The notes under the pieces are model-generated. The model ran no database searches, was not told the origin of the DNA, and saw only the letters and a program-made list of their open reading frames with translations. Shown here piece by piece: positions 48,364-57,335 of a stretch of DNA of 57,335 bases. The translations under genes were made by a program, and so were the position numbers. Numbering within the stretch: position 1 is the stretch's first letter; the number at the start of each line of letters is the position of its first letter. The DNA lies in IMG/VR virus record IMGVR_UViG_3300037852_000033, positions 1-57,335 of that record, one strand, 5' to 3'. The DNA is from a virus. Its lineage: Duplodnaviria; Caudoviricetes.

Positions 48364-50968
48364 ATTCATCGGCGACAACCTCAAGGGCGGGCTCAAGGAC
48401 TCCGTAAGCCTGGGCACAGCCGGGAGCGCCTTCGCCATCTTCGACCTGGCCCGGATCGCCCAGGCCAAGAGCAAGCTCCTGGAGACCTTGCGAGTCATCA
48501 AGGACATGGCCATTGTGCGCTTTACATGGCCCCTAGCGCTCGTCGGAATGCTCCGGGCAGGCCAAACCCTTATCCGGGGCATCGTGCGCGATACAGGGTC
48601 ACTGGAGGCCGCCATGAGGCGTATCTCACAAATGAGAGCATTAACCACCTTGTTCTCAAATTTGATGAGGGACACCCAGATGGCCACCCGCCATGTCGCC
48701 GAGCTGATGCGCTTCAGCAGCCGCTCCCCATTCAATATCTCCCAGGTGGGAGCGGCCAGTAAATCCTTCGAGTTGATGGGTAAGGGCGTCTACGGATCAC
48801 TGGAGGCCATGCAGGTCTTCGGGGACGTGGCCGCCAAGACCGGCAACTCCATCGAGGAGGTGAGCAGCGCGGCCAGCGTCTTCTTCAGCGAGGCCACCAA
48901 GGGAGAGTCAATCTCCGCCACCGTGGAGGAGATGCGCCAGATGGGCATCATCACCTCCGACAACGCCCGGCATTTCGTGCAGATGCAAAAGGACGGGGCC
49001 AGCGCCACGGCCATGATTAGCGCCATGCAATCCGCCTTGGCCGCCAGCCGTGGCGGAATGGAAGAGCACGCGGGCGATATCGGAGTGGTATCCAAGCAAT
49101 ACGAGGCTGCCAAGGAAGGGATGAAGGCTGGATTCGGCAATGAGTTCGTCAAGAACGAGACCGACGCCATGCAAGCCTGGACCAAGGTATTGATAATGCT
49201 GACCCCATTCCTAACAGCGCTTGGCAAACAGCTTTCTGATATTGCGGGATTCGCCAGCAATCTTGCAGTCCGATTTACCGCATGGATATCCAGTTTCAGT
49301 AAGATGCCAATCGTGATGGCGTTTGCCGGAACGGCCCTGGGGCATTTTATCAAGCTCCTGGCCGCGCTCGCGGTGGCGGGAACTCTCAGAAGCTTCAGCG
49401 CCCTATTCAATGGAGCCAGCCAATTCTCGAATGTGCTGAGGGAGGTGAATCAGAATATCAGCGAGATGATTTCCAGGATCAGCACTGTCGGAAAGTCGGC
49501 AGCCAACGCCATGGGAGCCAGCAGGATGGCGGGATGGGGAGCATCGATGTCTCAGGCTGGTCAATCCAAAATGATGTTTGCCAAAGGCATCTATCAACCA
49601 TCCGGCACTGGACAACTCATGCTGGAAGACAAAGGACCAAAGCTCGCCGACATGCAGGGTAAGCTCAATAGCATCAAGGCATCGGCCATGGCGGCAGGAC
49701 TGAGCATGCGTGGGCTTGGCATGGCTGTGGAATTCACCGCCGTAGCCTTCCGAGCGCTCATGGCCGCCACCCTCTTCCTCCTGGCTCTCCAGGTGGTCAT
49801 TGCGATAGTCCAGGGACTCTTTGCCGCCATCTCCGATCTGGCCACGGGATTTAGCGCCGGGAAGGATGCCGCAGCCAAGATGAGAGAGGAATTCGAGGCC
49901 ACCGACTCCGCCATGCGTCGGCAGATTGCCACCGTGCAGACCTTTGCTGACAAGATAGAGGCCATGACCGCCGCCAATAACGAGGCAGCGGAAGCCCAAA
50001 GGAAATACCAGGAACTCCTAGCCAAGGGCAGCGCGATCGGAAATCTAACCTATGGAATCATCGGCAACCGTAAAGCCAGCACGGCTGAGGTTCATGAGGC
50101 CAGAGCCGAGCTAGCCAGAGCCAAAGCCAATCAGGTAGCAGCTTCACTCACACCCACAGACGAGACGGAAGCCCAGCGAGCGCAAAGAATGTCTCAATAT
50201 CACCGGGAGCGAATGGAGAAGGAGGCCAGCTATGAAGCCCGCATGAGTGTGTCCGGCCCCGGCGGACAGCTTCTGACACGGGAACACAAGATCGCCAGCA
50301 TCCAGGCCGAGACAGACACTGGCGAGAAAGCCATCAAAGCCCGAGCAGATTTTGCCAAAACAGAGCAAGACAGGATGATGAGAATCAAAGAGATTGAGGG
50401 CAAACAAGCGGATCAGCGCTCCCAGCATCATAACGACAGGGCGGACGCGATGGATGAAAGCATCGCCCGAGAGAAAGCCGAATTGATCCGCGATCAACAA
50501 GCCCAGTCCAAAGGTGGATCATTGCGCGCTGAAGGAAATATAGCTGCTATTGACGCAGCCCTAAAACTCAGGGAACTGCAAGGCACCAAGGGAGCTGCTC
50601 AGAAGGATATCTACGCAGCATCCCAAGCGGCAGGAGGATACGCCGGTAGGAGCAAAGAAGAATTAATTAAGTCCCATGATGAGGAGCGAACCAAGCGTGA
50701 CAAAGCCAAGGAGATCGAAGACAGCTACGGAGACAATACCAAGCGCCTGGCTACCATGAAGAACGAGCAGATTGAGGCCATCCTCAAAGCATCCAGCGGA
50801 CCTGTCAGTTCATTGGCCCGCATTGGCGGTGGAGGTAACGTCGGGGAATCACCTATGATCTCCATCGCCCGCAGGTCAGAAGTGCTCTTGCAGAAGATTC
50901 TCGATGTGCAGATAGCCATCAATAAAGCTCCTCCTGGAGAGACCGGAGACCTCTTCGGAACTTTTTAA
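48350..50968 (+). CDS. tail tape measure protein
   Basis: 872 aa, Ala-rich helical; FSSRSPFNISQV..A and FGDVAA tape-measure motifs; hydrophobic stretches; C-terminal SSLARIGGGG. Confidence 0.85.
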   Translation: MALGKFIGDNLKGGLKDSVSLGTAGSAFAIFDLARIAQAKSKLLETLRVIKDMAIVRFTWPLALVGMLRAGQTLIRGIVRDTGSLEAAMRRISQMRALTTLFSNLMRDTQMATRHVAELMRFSSRSPFNISQVGAASKSFELMGKGVYGSLEAMQVFGDVAAKTGNSIEEVSSAASVFFSEATKGESISATVEEMRQMGIITSDNARHFVQMQKDGASATAMISAMQSALAASRGGMEEHAGDIGVVSKQYEAAKEGMKAGFGNEFVKNETDAMQAWTKVLIMLTPFLTALGKQLSDIAGFASNLAVRFTAWISSFSKMPIVMAFAGTALGHFIKLLAALAVAGTLRSFSALFNGASQFSNVLREVNQNISEMISRISTVGKSAANAMGASRMAGWGASMSQAGQSKMMFAKGIYQPSGTGQLMLEDKGPKLADMQGKLNSIKASAMAAGLSMRGLGMAVEFTAVAFRALMAATLFLLALQVVIAIVQGLFAAISDLATGFSAGKDAAAKMREEFEATDSAMRRQIATVQTFADKIEAMTAANNEAAEAQRKYQELLAKGSAIGNLTYGIIGNRKASTAEVHEARAELARAKANQVAASLTPTDETEAQRAQRMSQYHRERMEKEASYEARMSVSGPGGQLLTREHKIASIQAETDTGEKAIKARADFAKTEQDRMMRIKEIEGKQADQRSQHHNDRADAMDESIAREKAELIRDQQAQSKGGSLRAEGNIAAIDAALKLRELQGTKGAAQKDIYAASQAAGGYAGRSKEELIKSHDEERTKRDKAKEIEDSYGDNTKRLATMKNEQIEAILKASSGPVSSLARIGGGGNVGESPMISIARRSEVLLQKILDVQIAINKAPPGETGDLFGTF

Positions 50969-50969
50969 T

Positions 50970-51851
50970 ATGCCTGACGCCCTTCCAGCCAACTTTACCT
51001 CCGTGGGAAGCACTCTCGGCGACATAGATATACCAAAATGCACCAAACTGGTCACGGACTATTTTGGGGTGGTCACCGCAGAACTAACCAGACGCCGGGC
51101 TGAATCATGCCTGCCAGCATCATTGGATTGGTTGAGAACCGCTGAGTCCCCAAACTTCTTTGGGCTTCCATTGATGGGAGTAAGTAGAAGTTACGACCCA
51201 CCATGGGCTACCTACACCTACGGATACGAGGGACTGCCAGACGGCGAGAGCCTTACAGGAAATCTCACTCTGGAATACGACCTAAGCATGACCGAGGAAT
51301 CTATCCAAACTCATCCTAGCTGGCCAACCCTGCGCGACCAATTCCTCTGGAGCCCAATCACCGAGAAGTTTCCAGACATCTATCCAGCGGCGCTCAACAG
51401 TGATGGCACCCCTAAAGGAACCGGAGTAGTGCGCAACCCAATGGCTGGAGTGGAAGCTTATTTATCCCCTGGAGCTATTTTCAGGAAGACCGGAGTAGTC
51501 AAGCCGGATGATGAAAAATTCTTGGCGATCTTTCCATTAGTTGGAACCCCAGGCCACCCAGACGAAATAAAGGAGTTTCCAATCCCCCCAACCGGACTAC
51601 GTAATTGGCTTAGGCTGGCTCCAAAGATTCGCAAACGAGGAAATGTCTATGAAGTCATTGAAGAGTGGCAGCTCAGCGGACCATACGGATGGAATCCAAT
51701 CATTTATAATTCGGAAGCCATGTGGAATAGCGTCAATTTTGGATTAAGTGATAGCCAAGGCACGGACAGCGCTGTGCCCTCAAGCACTGGACAAGATATT
51801 CTCAGACCAGACGGCAGCGGCTTCACTTCAGGAGGAAACCTGAACGCCTAA
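50970..51851 (+). CDS. tail tip/distal tail protein
   Basis: Follows the tape measure; EESIQTHP, EEWQLSGPYGWNPIIY. Confidence 0.55.
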   Translation: MPDALPANFTSVGSTLGDIDIPKCTKLVTDYFGVVTAELTRRRAESCLPASLDWLRTAESPNFFGLPLMGVSRSYDPPWATYTYGYEGLPDGESLTGNLTLEYDLSMTEESIQTHPSWPTLRDQFLWSPITEKFPDIYPAALNSDGTPKGTGVVRNPMAGVEAYLSPGAIFRKTGVVKPDDEKFLAIFPLVGTPGHPDEIKEFPIPPTGLRNWLRLAPKIRKRGNVYEVIEEWQLSGPYGWNPIIYNSEAMWNSVNFGLSDSQGTDSAVPSSTGQDILRPDGSGFTSGGNLNA

Positions 51852-52423
51852 TGAATAAGGATATAGATGCCATTACTGAGACAAATGAGAGCCGCATCTA
51901 CGGAGGATATGGAGTTCGCGTCCAGCGCCGCAGCTCTGGAACTATTGTGTCAATGCGCAAGCGGACATTTTCTTGGGACCATCCATTTGGTGTTCGGGCT
52001 TATCATGGAACGGCCATAATTACCCTTGGGTTGGTTAATGGTATGATACCAACGATCAACGGTAAACCAATGATCAGAGAGAATGGGATTCCAGAGACAC
52101 TAAAGTTGAAAAACTTTAAAGGAACCTCCAGCTACGTCGCACTGGAGGTTATTAACAAATCAAACCCAGTAGACAAGACCACCACAATCGCCTCCATCGA
52201 GATAGTGCATGTCCAATACCTGGGTGACAATCCCATTAATCAGTTCTTCGGTGGTGCGCTTGGTTATCCCAATCTGGCCAACGGTGGCACCCGCTATCCC
52301 CTGGCGATGCTCAATGATGTGCGCTTCGGGAGGGCGGTATTTCAGATTGCCTACTTTAACCTCAATTATCGCACCGTCCCGTCCCAGAAGAAGAAGCCAA
52401 AGCATTACTTCTTCCCGGCATGA
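51851..52423 (+). CDS. tail protein
   Basis: Coupled ORF in the tail module; WDHPF..G.VNG..P. Confidence 0.55.
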   Translation: MNKDIDAITETNESRIYGGYGVRVQRRSSGTIVSMRKRTFSWDHPFGVRAYHGTAIITLGLVNGMIPTINGKPMIRENGIPETLKLKNFKGTSSYVALEVINKSNPVDKTTTIASIEIVHVQYLGDNPINQFFGGALGYPNLANGGTRYPLAMLNDVRFGRAVFQIAYFNLNYRTVPSQKKKPKHYFFPA

Positions 52424-53505
52424 TGGCGCAAGACATACGCGGCGGCCTAAACACCAGGGTCAAGCGCGGCCATGGCATTCGCATCGAAGGGCCTCATTTA
52501 GAGGACTGGGCGCACCCCTGGCGATGTATCCCATTTTGGAAGAATGAATGGTGTGCGGGAGTTACTCCGGGATTTATTAATGGGTATCCTCCAGTAATTC
52601 CCATGTCGGCGGTGCCGCTCAAAGAACAGGGCACTACCAGATTTCCTAAAGACAATCGAGACTTCGGACTTAATCCATTAACTGGAGAGACCTACACCCC
52701 ACTCATGATTACCCCCCATGGAGCCAAACAGGATATTTTCATCACTGATGAAGCCGGGCCTTATCTCATCAACACAGGATTCTTCAACCCCCTCCTAGCA
52801 GGAGTAGCGCAGCAGTCGGATGGCAGCGCCCTGGTTACGGCGGGATCATATCCGGCATTCTTCAAGCGGATGGTCAAACCACCACAATCCGCCGCAGAGG
52901 TCAATGCCGCCCTAGGTAATGAATCAACAACCACCGTGACCTTCGGGGGCCTCAACACTAATAAGCAGGGCAAGAGTGAACTGCGTAGTTTCGATATCGT
53001 CCTGCGCGCTGAGCACGGAGCCATCAAATCGGATAATTATCTCTCCGACCCATTAACAGGAACCGCCACCATTACTACCCCGGCATTTACGGCCTCGCCA
53101 ACTCGCTTCCCCTTCCGGCTATACACCACCTCCAAATTTACCGGCAGCCAGCCATATCCTGACATCCTCCAACGACTCCAAGGAGACCTGACTGAGCCAA
53201 CATGGGACGATTTAAAGATCGCCACGGTCTGGCTGGTTTCCCCAGAGAATGCCGACCCCAGTAGTAAACCAGACGAGACATGGAGTCCATTTGTGCAGCA
53301 CTTCGTATTCTGGAACCTTGGTTATACGCAGGCCAACTACGTGGCCAACACCCCATACGACCCAATCACAATCAATGTGCCGATCGGACTCGGCCTGGCC
53401 TCAGAGGTCGGAAATGTATTTCTTGCCCCGCTCAATCAGGCATTGCAGGATGCTGCCAACGCCCTTAACCTTACCTCCACCAAAGGTTCATTCTGGACTG
53501 TATGA
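52420..53505 (+). CDS. tail protein
   Basis: Coupled ORF; N-terminus (G.GIRI..WAHPW..GFING.PP) resembles the preceding gene. Confidence 0.55.
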   Translation: MMAQDIRGGLNTRVKRGHGIRIEGPHLEDWAHPWRCIPFWKNEWCAGVTPGFINGYPPVIPMSAVPLKEQGTTRFPKDNRDFGLNPLTGETYTPLMITPHGAKQDIFITDEAGPYLINTGFFNPLLAGVAQQSDGSALVTAGSYPAFFKRMVKPPQSAAEVNAALGNESTTTVTFGGLNTNKQGKSELRSFDIVLRAEHGAIKSDNYLSDPLTGTATITTPAFTASPTRFPFRLYTTSKFTGSQPYPDILQRLQGDLTEPTWDDLKIATVWLVSPENADPSSKPDETWSPFVQHFVFWNLGYTQANYVANTPYDPITINVPIGLGLASEVGNVFLAPLNQALQDAANALNLTSTKGSFWTV

Positions 53506-53678
53506 GCAATCTTAATCCCAAGATCAACAGCGAAAAAATCTCCCCTGCAAACTTGCAAAAACTTATCCAGGATGAAGCCCAGTATATGTTGCTTGATCCA
53601 GTCTTTCCTTATGTGGTCATAGAGGTCCCATGGGATACCCTAAACCTGACCGTTGACATCCAGCCATTTGTGGAATGA
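53502..53678 (+). CDS. 58-aa hypothetical protein (not in ORF track)
   Basis: ATGA overlaps at both ends; MSNLNPKINSEK...DIQPFVE. Confidence 0.5.
   Translation: MSNLNPKINSEKISPANLQKLIQDEAQYMLLDPVFPYVVIEVPWDTLNLTVDIQPFVE
53652..53658 (+). promoter_or_regulatory. late element GTTGACA, 16 nt before ATG 53675
   Basis: GTTGACA tccagcca T ttgtgga ATG. Confidence 0.65.
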
Positions 53679-56065
53679 CCACGTTCCTCTGCTACGCCAA
53701 TTTATTCACGCGGAAAATGACCAATGCCAGCGGTGGTAGCATTGCCTTTCCGCCCATCGTAGAGGGCGATACCTATGTCATGGCGGTGCGTTTTTTAGAT
53801 GTAGTAGCAGGCGCACTACAGGAGATCATCCTTCCGGTCAGAACAGCCAAGTGTTCCATCGGCACCGTCTTCACCGCTCCCACATCCGGGAGCTTCACAA
53901 TGAAGATCGGCGGTGGCGGAAGCACCTCGGCCTCGATTAAGTTTAATCAAGACAGCGCCATACTCGGTCAGATCATCAACGCCCTAACAGAATCGGCCAC
54001 CTATGGAGGAGTCACCGACTGCGAATTTGCGAACCCATCCTGCTGGATCATTACCTTCAATCATGTCGGAGCGGTGCCCCTACAGGTTTCGACCAACACT
54101 CTTGATCCTGTCAGCTTCGTGCGCGTGCGGGCCTTTCAACAGGATGGAGTATGGCGTCATGAAATACGACTGATCCAAGCTCCCGTGGTTTCAGTTGGCA
54201 CCTTTGCTAGGGTTCTAGCCCCCGCGCCGACCATTAAGGAGATTGTCGTCGGCAGCTCATCGGTTGTGGGACTTGCCACTATTAACGTCGATGAGGTTCA
54301 GTCACTAACTATTGATCCAAGATTTCGCGGGAGCTTCAAGCTGGTGGTTAATGGACTATCGACCTCCTTCCTTTCAGAATCCGCCCAACCAACCGATGTG
54401 CAGAACGCCCTGAATAATTTGGGAATTACCGGAGCATCGTTTCAATGCACCAACCCATTTCCGAATGAAATCTACATTGACTTCGGCGGACCGGCCTTAT
54501 CTGGAGTTCCTCAGCCACTTATGACTGTATCGGTTGGTGATTTCCAACCTGGCGACATAACTTTCACCATCGACACAAATACAGCCGAACTATACTCTGC
54601 CACCCGCCAATCTGATGGAGTGAAGATGGCTATTGAGGTGGAGATCGGAGTCGGCAAGGATGGCGAGGACCCAGCGCACCCAGACATGACGGTGCCAACC
54701 ACCTATAAGACCCTCTTCCGTGAGCCGGTGACCATTAACCGCGAGATCAACTACCGGGAGTTGAATACCATCGCTTCGATCGACTGGCAGACGCCGCCAC
54801 AGCCGGATAGTTACGTTCCCTTTGACGCCAATCTATTAACCACCGGGGTTATGACCTACACCGTCCCGTTCGGGGATGGAGCCGCGTCTGTTTTCCATAT
54901 CGACCACAATCTGGGCACCACACAAATCCTAACCCCGCTTATTGCGGTGAACACCGTGCCCGGTGCTATCCTGACTGAGGGCGTGGATTACACCCTGCAA
55001 ATCACCAGCGCAAACCGCCTGACGATCACCATGCTCACAGGGAACCCACGCGCCCTAAACAGCCTCTATGTGACCGTCAACTCCGCTGGCCCAGAGACGG
55101 CTTATGCAACCCCAATCACCATCCTTGAATCACAAGTCACCGGCCTAATCGGGGACCTCGCGGCGATCAATGCTTCACTCAGCTCATTGACCTCACTACT
55201 CCCAGCCGTCAATCCAGGCGTGCCCGCCACGGGATCGCCAAGCACCTCCTTTACTTTGCCAGAAATCATTAAGGCATACTTCGGACGCCTACCAACCGGC
55301 TTTGCCATCTCCTTAACTAATGGCCAATTCACCCTTACCTCACCTCCAGCCCATGTCGGCCTGCTTCTGCCCTGCGTCAATGCCAGCTCCACCACCTCAT
55401 GGGCTACCAGTAATCTACCAACGGCCACCGCCAATACGGTCTGGGTAAACACCGGCTCCGCCACCATTCTCGTTCCTGGAGGCGGAGGTAGAAGGAGTAA
55501 TAGTTGGGACGTTGGAGATTTTCTGGCATCGGACGGAACCGCCTTGTGGGTGGCCAATAAAAGCGGAACAAGCAGCAGCTATTTCCCGGCAGACTTCGAG
55601 CAAACCCTCTTCGAGTTCCCAATCCCAGCCGCCCAACTGCGCGGAGGAATGTCCATGGAACTCCTCTTCAATCTCAGCATGGCCTCCTATCTGGCCGCCA
55701 CCAAACTCCACTATCAGTTAGTTCTGGACTTCGGCACCGTCGAGCAGGACACCTCGCCCGGCGCACCGGCAAGCAACCTCAAAGACATCCTCTGGGGCAC
55801 CACTCCGGCGTTGACTCAAGACATCCTTATTACTGAAGACTCAACCCCCATGCAATTCGGCCTCCAAGTCATTCGGGCCATCGGTGGAACTCTAGCCTCC
55901 AACCAGAACAAGTTTAATGCCTGGACGGCAGCGGATGCCATTCCATCCGCCACGACGTTTATTGTGCGCGGGCGGGTAATCAACTTCGACATCGAGGACA
56001 ACACCGACGAACAGAACGGCATGGTCCTTTTGGGTTTTACCGGAGCAACTATTACCATCCAATAA
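53675..56065 (+). CDS. large tail/baseplate structural protein
   Basis: 796 aa, beta-rich; repeated (S/R)GSF.L/M...T..I/L units; DEVQSL; IDHNLGT. Confidence 0.65.
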   Translation: MTTFLCYANLFTRKMTNASGGSIAFPPIVEGDTYVMAVRFLDVVAGALQEIILPVRTAKCSIGTVFTAPTSGSFTMKIGGGGSTSASIKFNQDSAILGQIINALTESATYGGVTDCEFANPSCWIITFNHVGAVPLQVSTNTLDPVSFVRVRAFQQDGVWRHEIRLIQAPVVSVGTFARVLAPAPTIKEIVVGSSSVVGLATINVDEVQSLTIDPRFRGSFKLVVNGLSTSFLSESAQPTDVQNALNNLGITGASFQCTNPFPNEIYIDFGGPALSGVPQPLMTVSVGDFQPGDITFTIDTNTAELYSATRQSDGVKMAIEVEIGVGKDGEDPAHPDMTVPTTYKTLFREPVTINREINYRELNTIASIDWQTPPQPDSYVPFDANLLTTGVMTYTVPFGDGAASVFHIDHNLGTTQILTPLIAVNTVPGAILTEGVDYTLQITSANRLTITMLTGNPRALNSLYVTVNSAGPETAYATPITILESQVTGLIGDLAAINASLSSLTSLLPAVNPGVPATGSPSTSFTLPEIIKAYFGRLPTGFAISLTNGQFTLTSPPAHVGLLLPCVNASSTTSWATSNLPTATANTVWVNTGSATILVPGGGGRRSNSWDVGDFLASDGTALWVANKSGTSSSYFPADFEQTLFEFPIPAAQLRGGMSMELLFNLSMASYLAATKLHYQLVLDFGTVEQDTSPGAPASNLKDILWGTTPALTQDILITEDSTPMQFGLQVIRAIGGTLASNQNKFNAWTAADAIPSATTFIVRGRVINFDIEDNTDEQNGMVLLGFTGATITIQ

Positions 56066-56068
56066 CCC

Positions 56069-57073
56069 ATGGCTATTCCAGTCGTCGATCCAGAATCAAG
56101 CGTCCTGACTTACCCGCAGTGGTTAAAATGGGAACATCAATTCAGCGCTACCAATACTCCAACCTCCTGGCAGATCACCGCAGGTGGATTCCCCTCTGGT
56201 ATGACTTTCCAGCCATCGTGGGCCGTGACTGGCACTTCCAGCAGCAACCTCATCAATCTCACCGCCCACGGTTTCGCCAACGGCACCATCCTGACCTTCA
56301 GCGCCTTGACCGGAGGATCATCACTAGCCACCGCGACCAACTACTATGTAGTGAACACCGCCGCCAACACCTTCCAGCTCTCCCTGACTTCGGGTGGGGC
56401 CGTGCAGGCCCTGGGATCGGACATCAGCGCCGCCACCATCTATCGCCCCGGCTATCTCGTTGGTGCGGCTACGTTGCCAGGTATCTCAACCGTGCAGCTC
56501 ACCGCCACCAATGGAACCGGAGCCAGCACCCCACCCACCCTCTTTACCATCGGCATTGAACCAGCGGCGGTGTCGCCTGATTCCAATGTCGATCTTATCT
56601 GGAACTTCGCCACCAACGACATCATCGCCCAGCTCACTTCTTCCCTCTCCCTAACCCCGGTTGGCAAGGATGCCGCTGGGTTAGTCATCCCGCAAATCTT
56701 TGCCAAAGAGGATGACGATCTCATCATGCGCGTGCGCCTGGTTAAGAATAGCAGCGTGCTCGATCTTGGTGATCCAGTAGCCATGTCACTCATCCTAAAG
56801 GAGCTGGAGCCTGACGCGCAGGTAGTAATCAGCGATGGCGCGGTCAGGATAGGCACAGGAGACGCCACCAGCTACCTGATCCACGCCAAACTCGATGGCG
56901 CAATCCTGGCGGCCTCCCTGACTAATTACGAGGCCGATAGCGGAACCTTCTTCACCGCCTTAGCGGAGATCGAGCTGACCTTCGTCAACCCCTATGCCGT
57001 AGGGCCGACCAATCTGGTGAGGACATCCAAGACCTTTGGTATCCAAATCGAACGCGACCTAGGCATACTCTAA
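56069..57073 (+). CDS. tail protein with a He_PIG-like Ig domain interrupted by an inserted beta domain
   Basis: ATNTPTSW...FPSGMTF [insert AHGFANG..YYVVNTAANTFQLS] G.LVG..T.PG..TVQLTATN.TG. Confidence 0.6.
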   Translation: MAIPVVDPESSVLTYPQWLKWEHQFSATNTPTSWQITAGGFPSGMTFQPSWAVTGTSSSNLINLTAHGFANGTILTFSALTGGSSLATATNYYVVNTAANTFQLSLTSGGAVQALGSDISAATIYRPGYLVGAATLPGISTVQLTATNGTGASTPPTLFTIGIEPAAVSPDSNVDLIWNFATNDIIAQLTSSLSLTPVGKDAAGLVIPQIFAKEDDDLIMRVRLVKNSSVLDLGDPVAMSLILKELEPDAQVVISDGAVRIGTGDATSYLIHAKLDGAILAASLTNYEADSGTFFTALAEIELTFVNPYAVGPTNLVRTSKTFGIQIERDLGIL

Positions 57074-57335
57074 TGTGGTCACTGGACTGGTTTACCGCAG
57101 AGAGACTGGGACGATCCGGGGCCAAGATCAGGCGGGCAGCTTGGACGGATCACTGGTTGGAATTCCACGGGATATGGTTCATTATGACGGTCTCCTCTAC
57201 CGAGGTCGTAGAAACCACCGATATCGGCATCGTCGATCTCAACGCCCGTGACTGGACCGACCAGCCTTACGGAGCAGACCAATGCGGTGCCACCCCGGCC
57301 TTCAACTCCGCCCCTCCGGCCTATCAGCAGTGGAC
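57073..57335 (+). CDS. partial CDS running off the window, DUF2829/Tad2-like N-terminus
   Basis: MWSLDWFTAERLGRSGAKIRRAAW...DLNARDW. Confidence 0.4.
   Translation, partial: MWSLDWFTAERLGRSGAKIRRAAWTDHWLEFHGIWFIMTVSSTEVVETTDIGIVDLNARDWTDQPYGADQCGATPAFNSAPPAYQQW

Noticed and set aside
29155-53658. GTTGACA sites as ordinary sigma70 -35 boxes
   Set aside because: In eight cases the start codon lies where the spacer or -10 box should be; only 40062 (TAAAAG at 17 nt) could be canonical
1-57335. CRISPR array, tRNA, integrase/att site, reverse transcriptase or DGR
   Set aside because: No regularly spaced DNA repeats, cloverleaf, recombinase or RT motifs seen by eye; a tRNAscan/minced run would be needed to be certain
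1-57335. Alternative genetic code
   Set aside because: Long conserved genes (terminase, DnaB, portal, capsid) are intact in the standard code

Overview
The window is most of a tailed dsDNA phage genome (lambda GpA-type terminase, lambda-type portal, assemblin-fold prohead protease, long tape-measure protein). No host genes, integrase, rRNA, tRNA or CRISPR were seen. Layout: terminase (0.1-2.6 kb); plus-strand recombination and nucleotide genes (2.7-9.2 kb); minus-strand small early-type genes (9.1-13 kb); replication (initiator, DnaB, RecU-like, ParB-like; 13.1-22.8 kb); a second minus-strand small-gene block (22.9-28.1 kb); a ~1 kb hairpin-dense non-coding region; then head and tail morphogenesis (29.2 kb to the end, truncated). 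The most striking element is an ~8 kb cluster between portal and prohead protease. It encodes basic polyproteins (1577, 204, 600 and 112 aa, plus a 37-aa ORF missing from the ORF track) built mostly of Gly/Ala-rich membrane-type modules. The modules are separated by a recurrent motif ([IL]I[EQHR][FL], often preceded by EMSS/MSAR/FRxEL), and similar motifs occur in the portal N-terminus and in the protease/scaffold. I infer a head-packaged, protease-processed cargo of membrane-active peptides; one module is an LRAT-like (permuted NlpC/P60) enzyme. Late genes share a compact upstream element, GTTGACA-N8-T-N5-9-ATG, which suggests leaderless late transcripts. All calls come from reading the sequence by eye; no database searches or folding programs were run.
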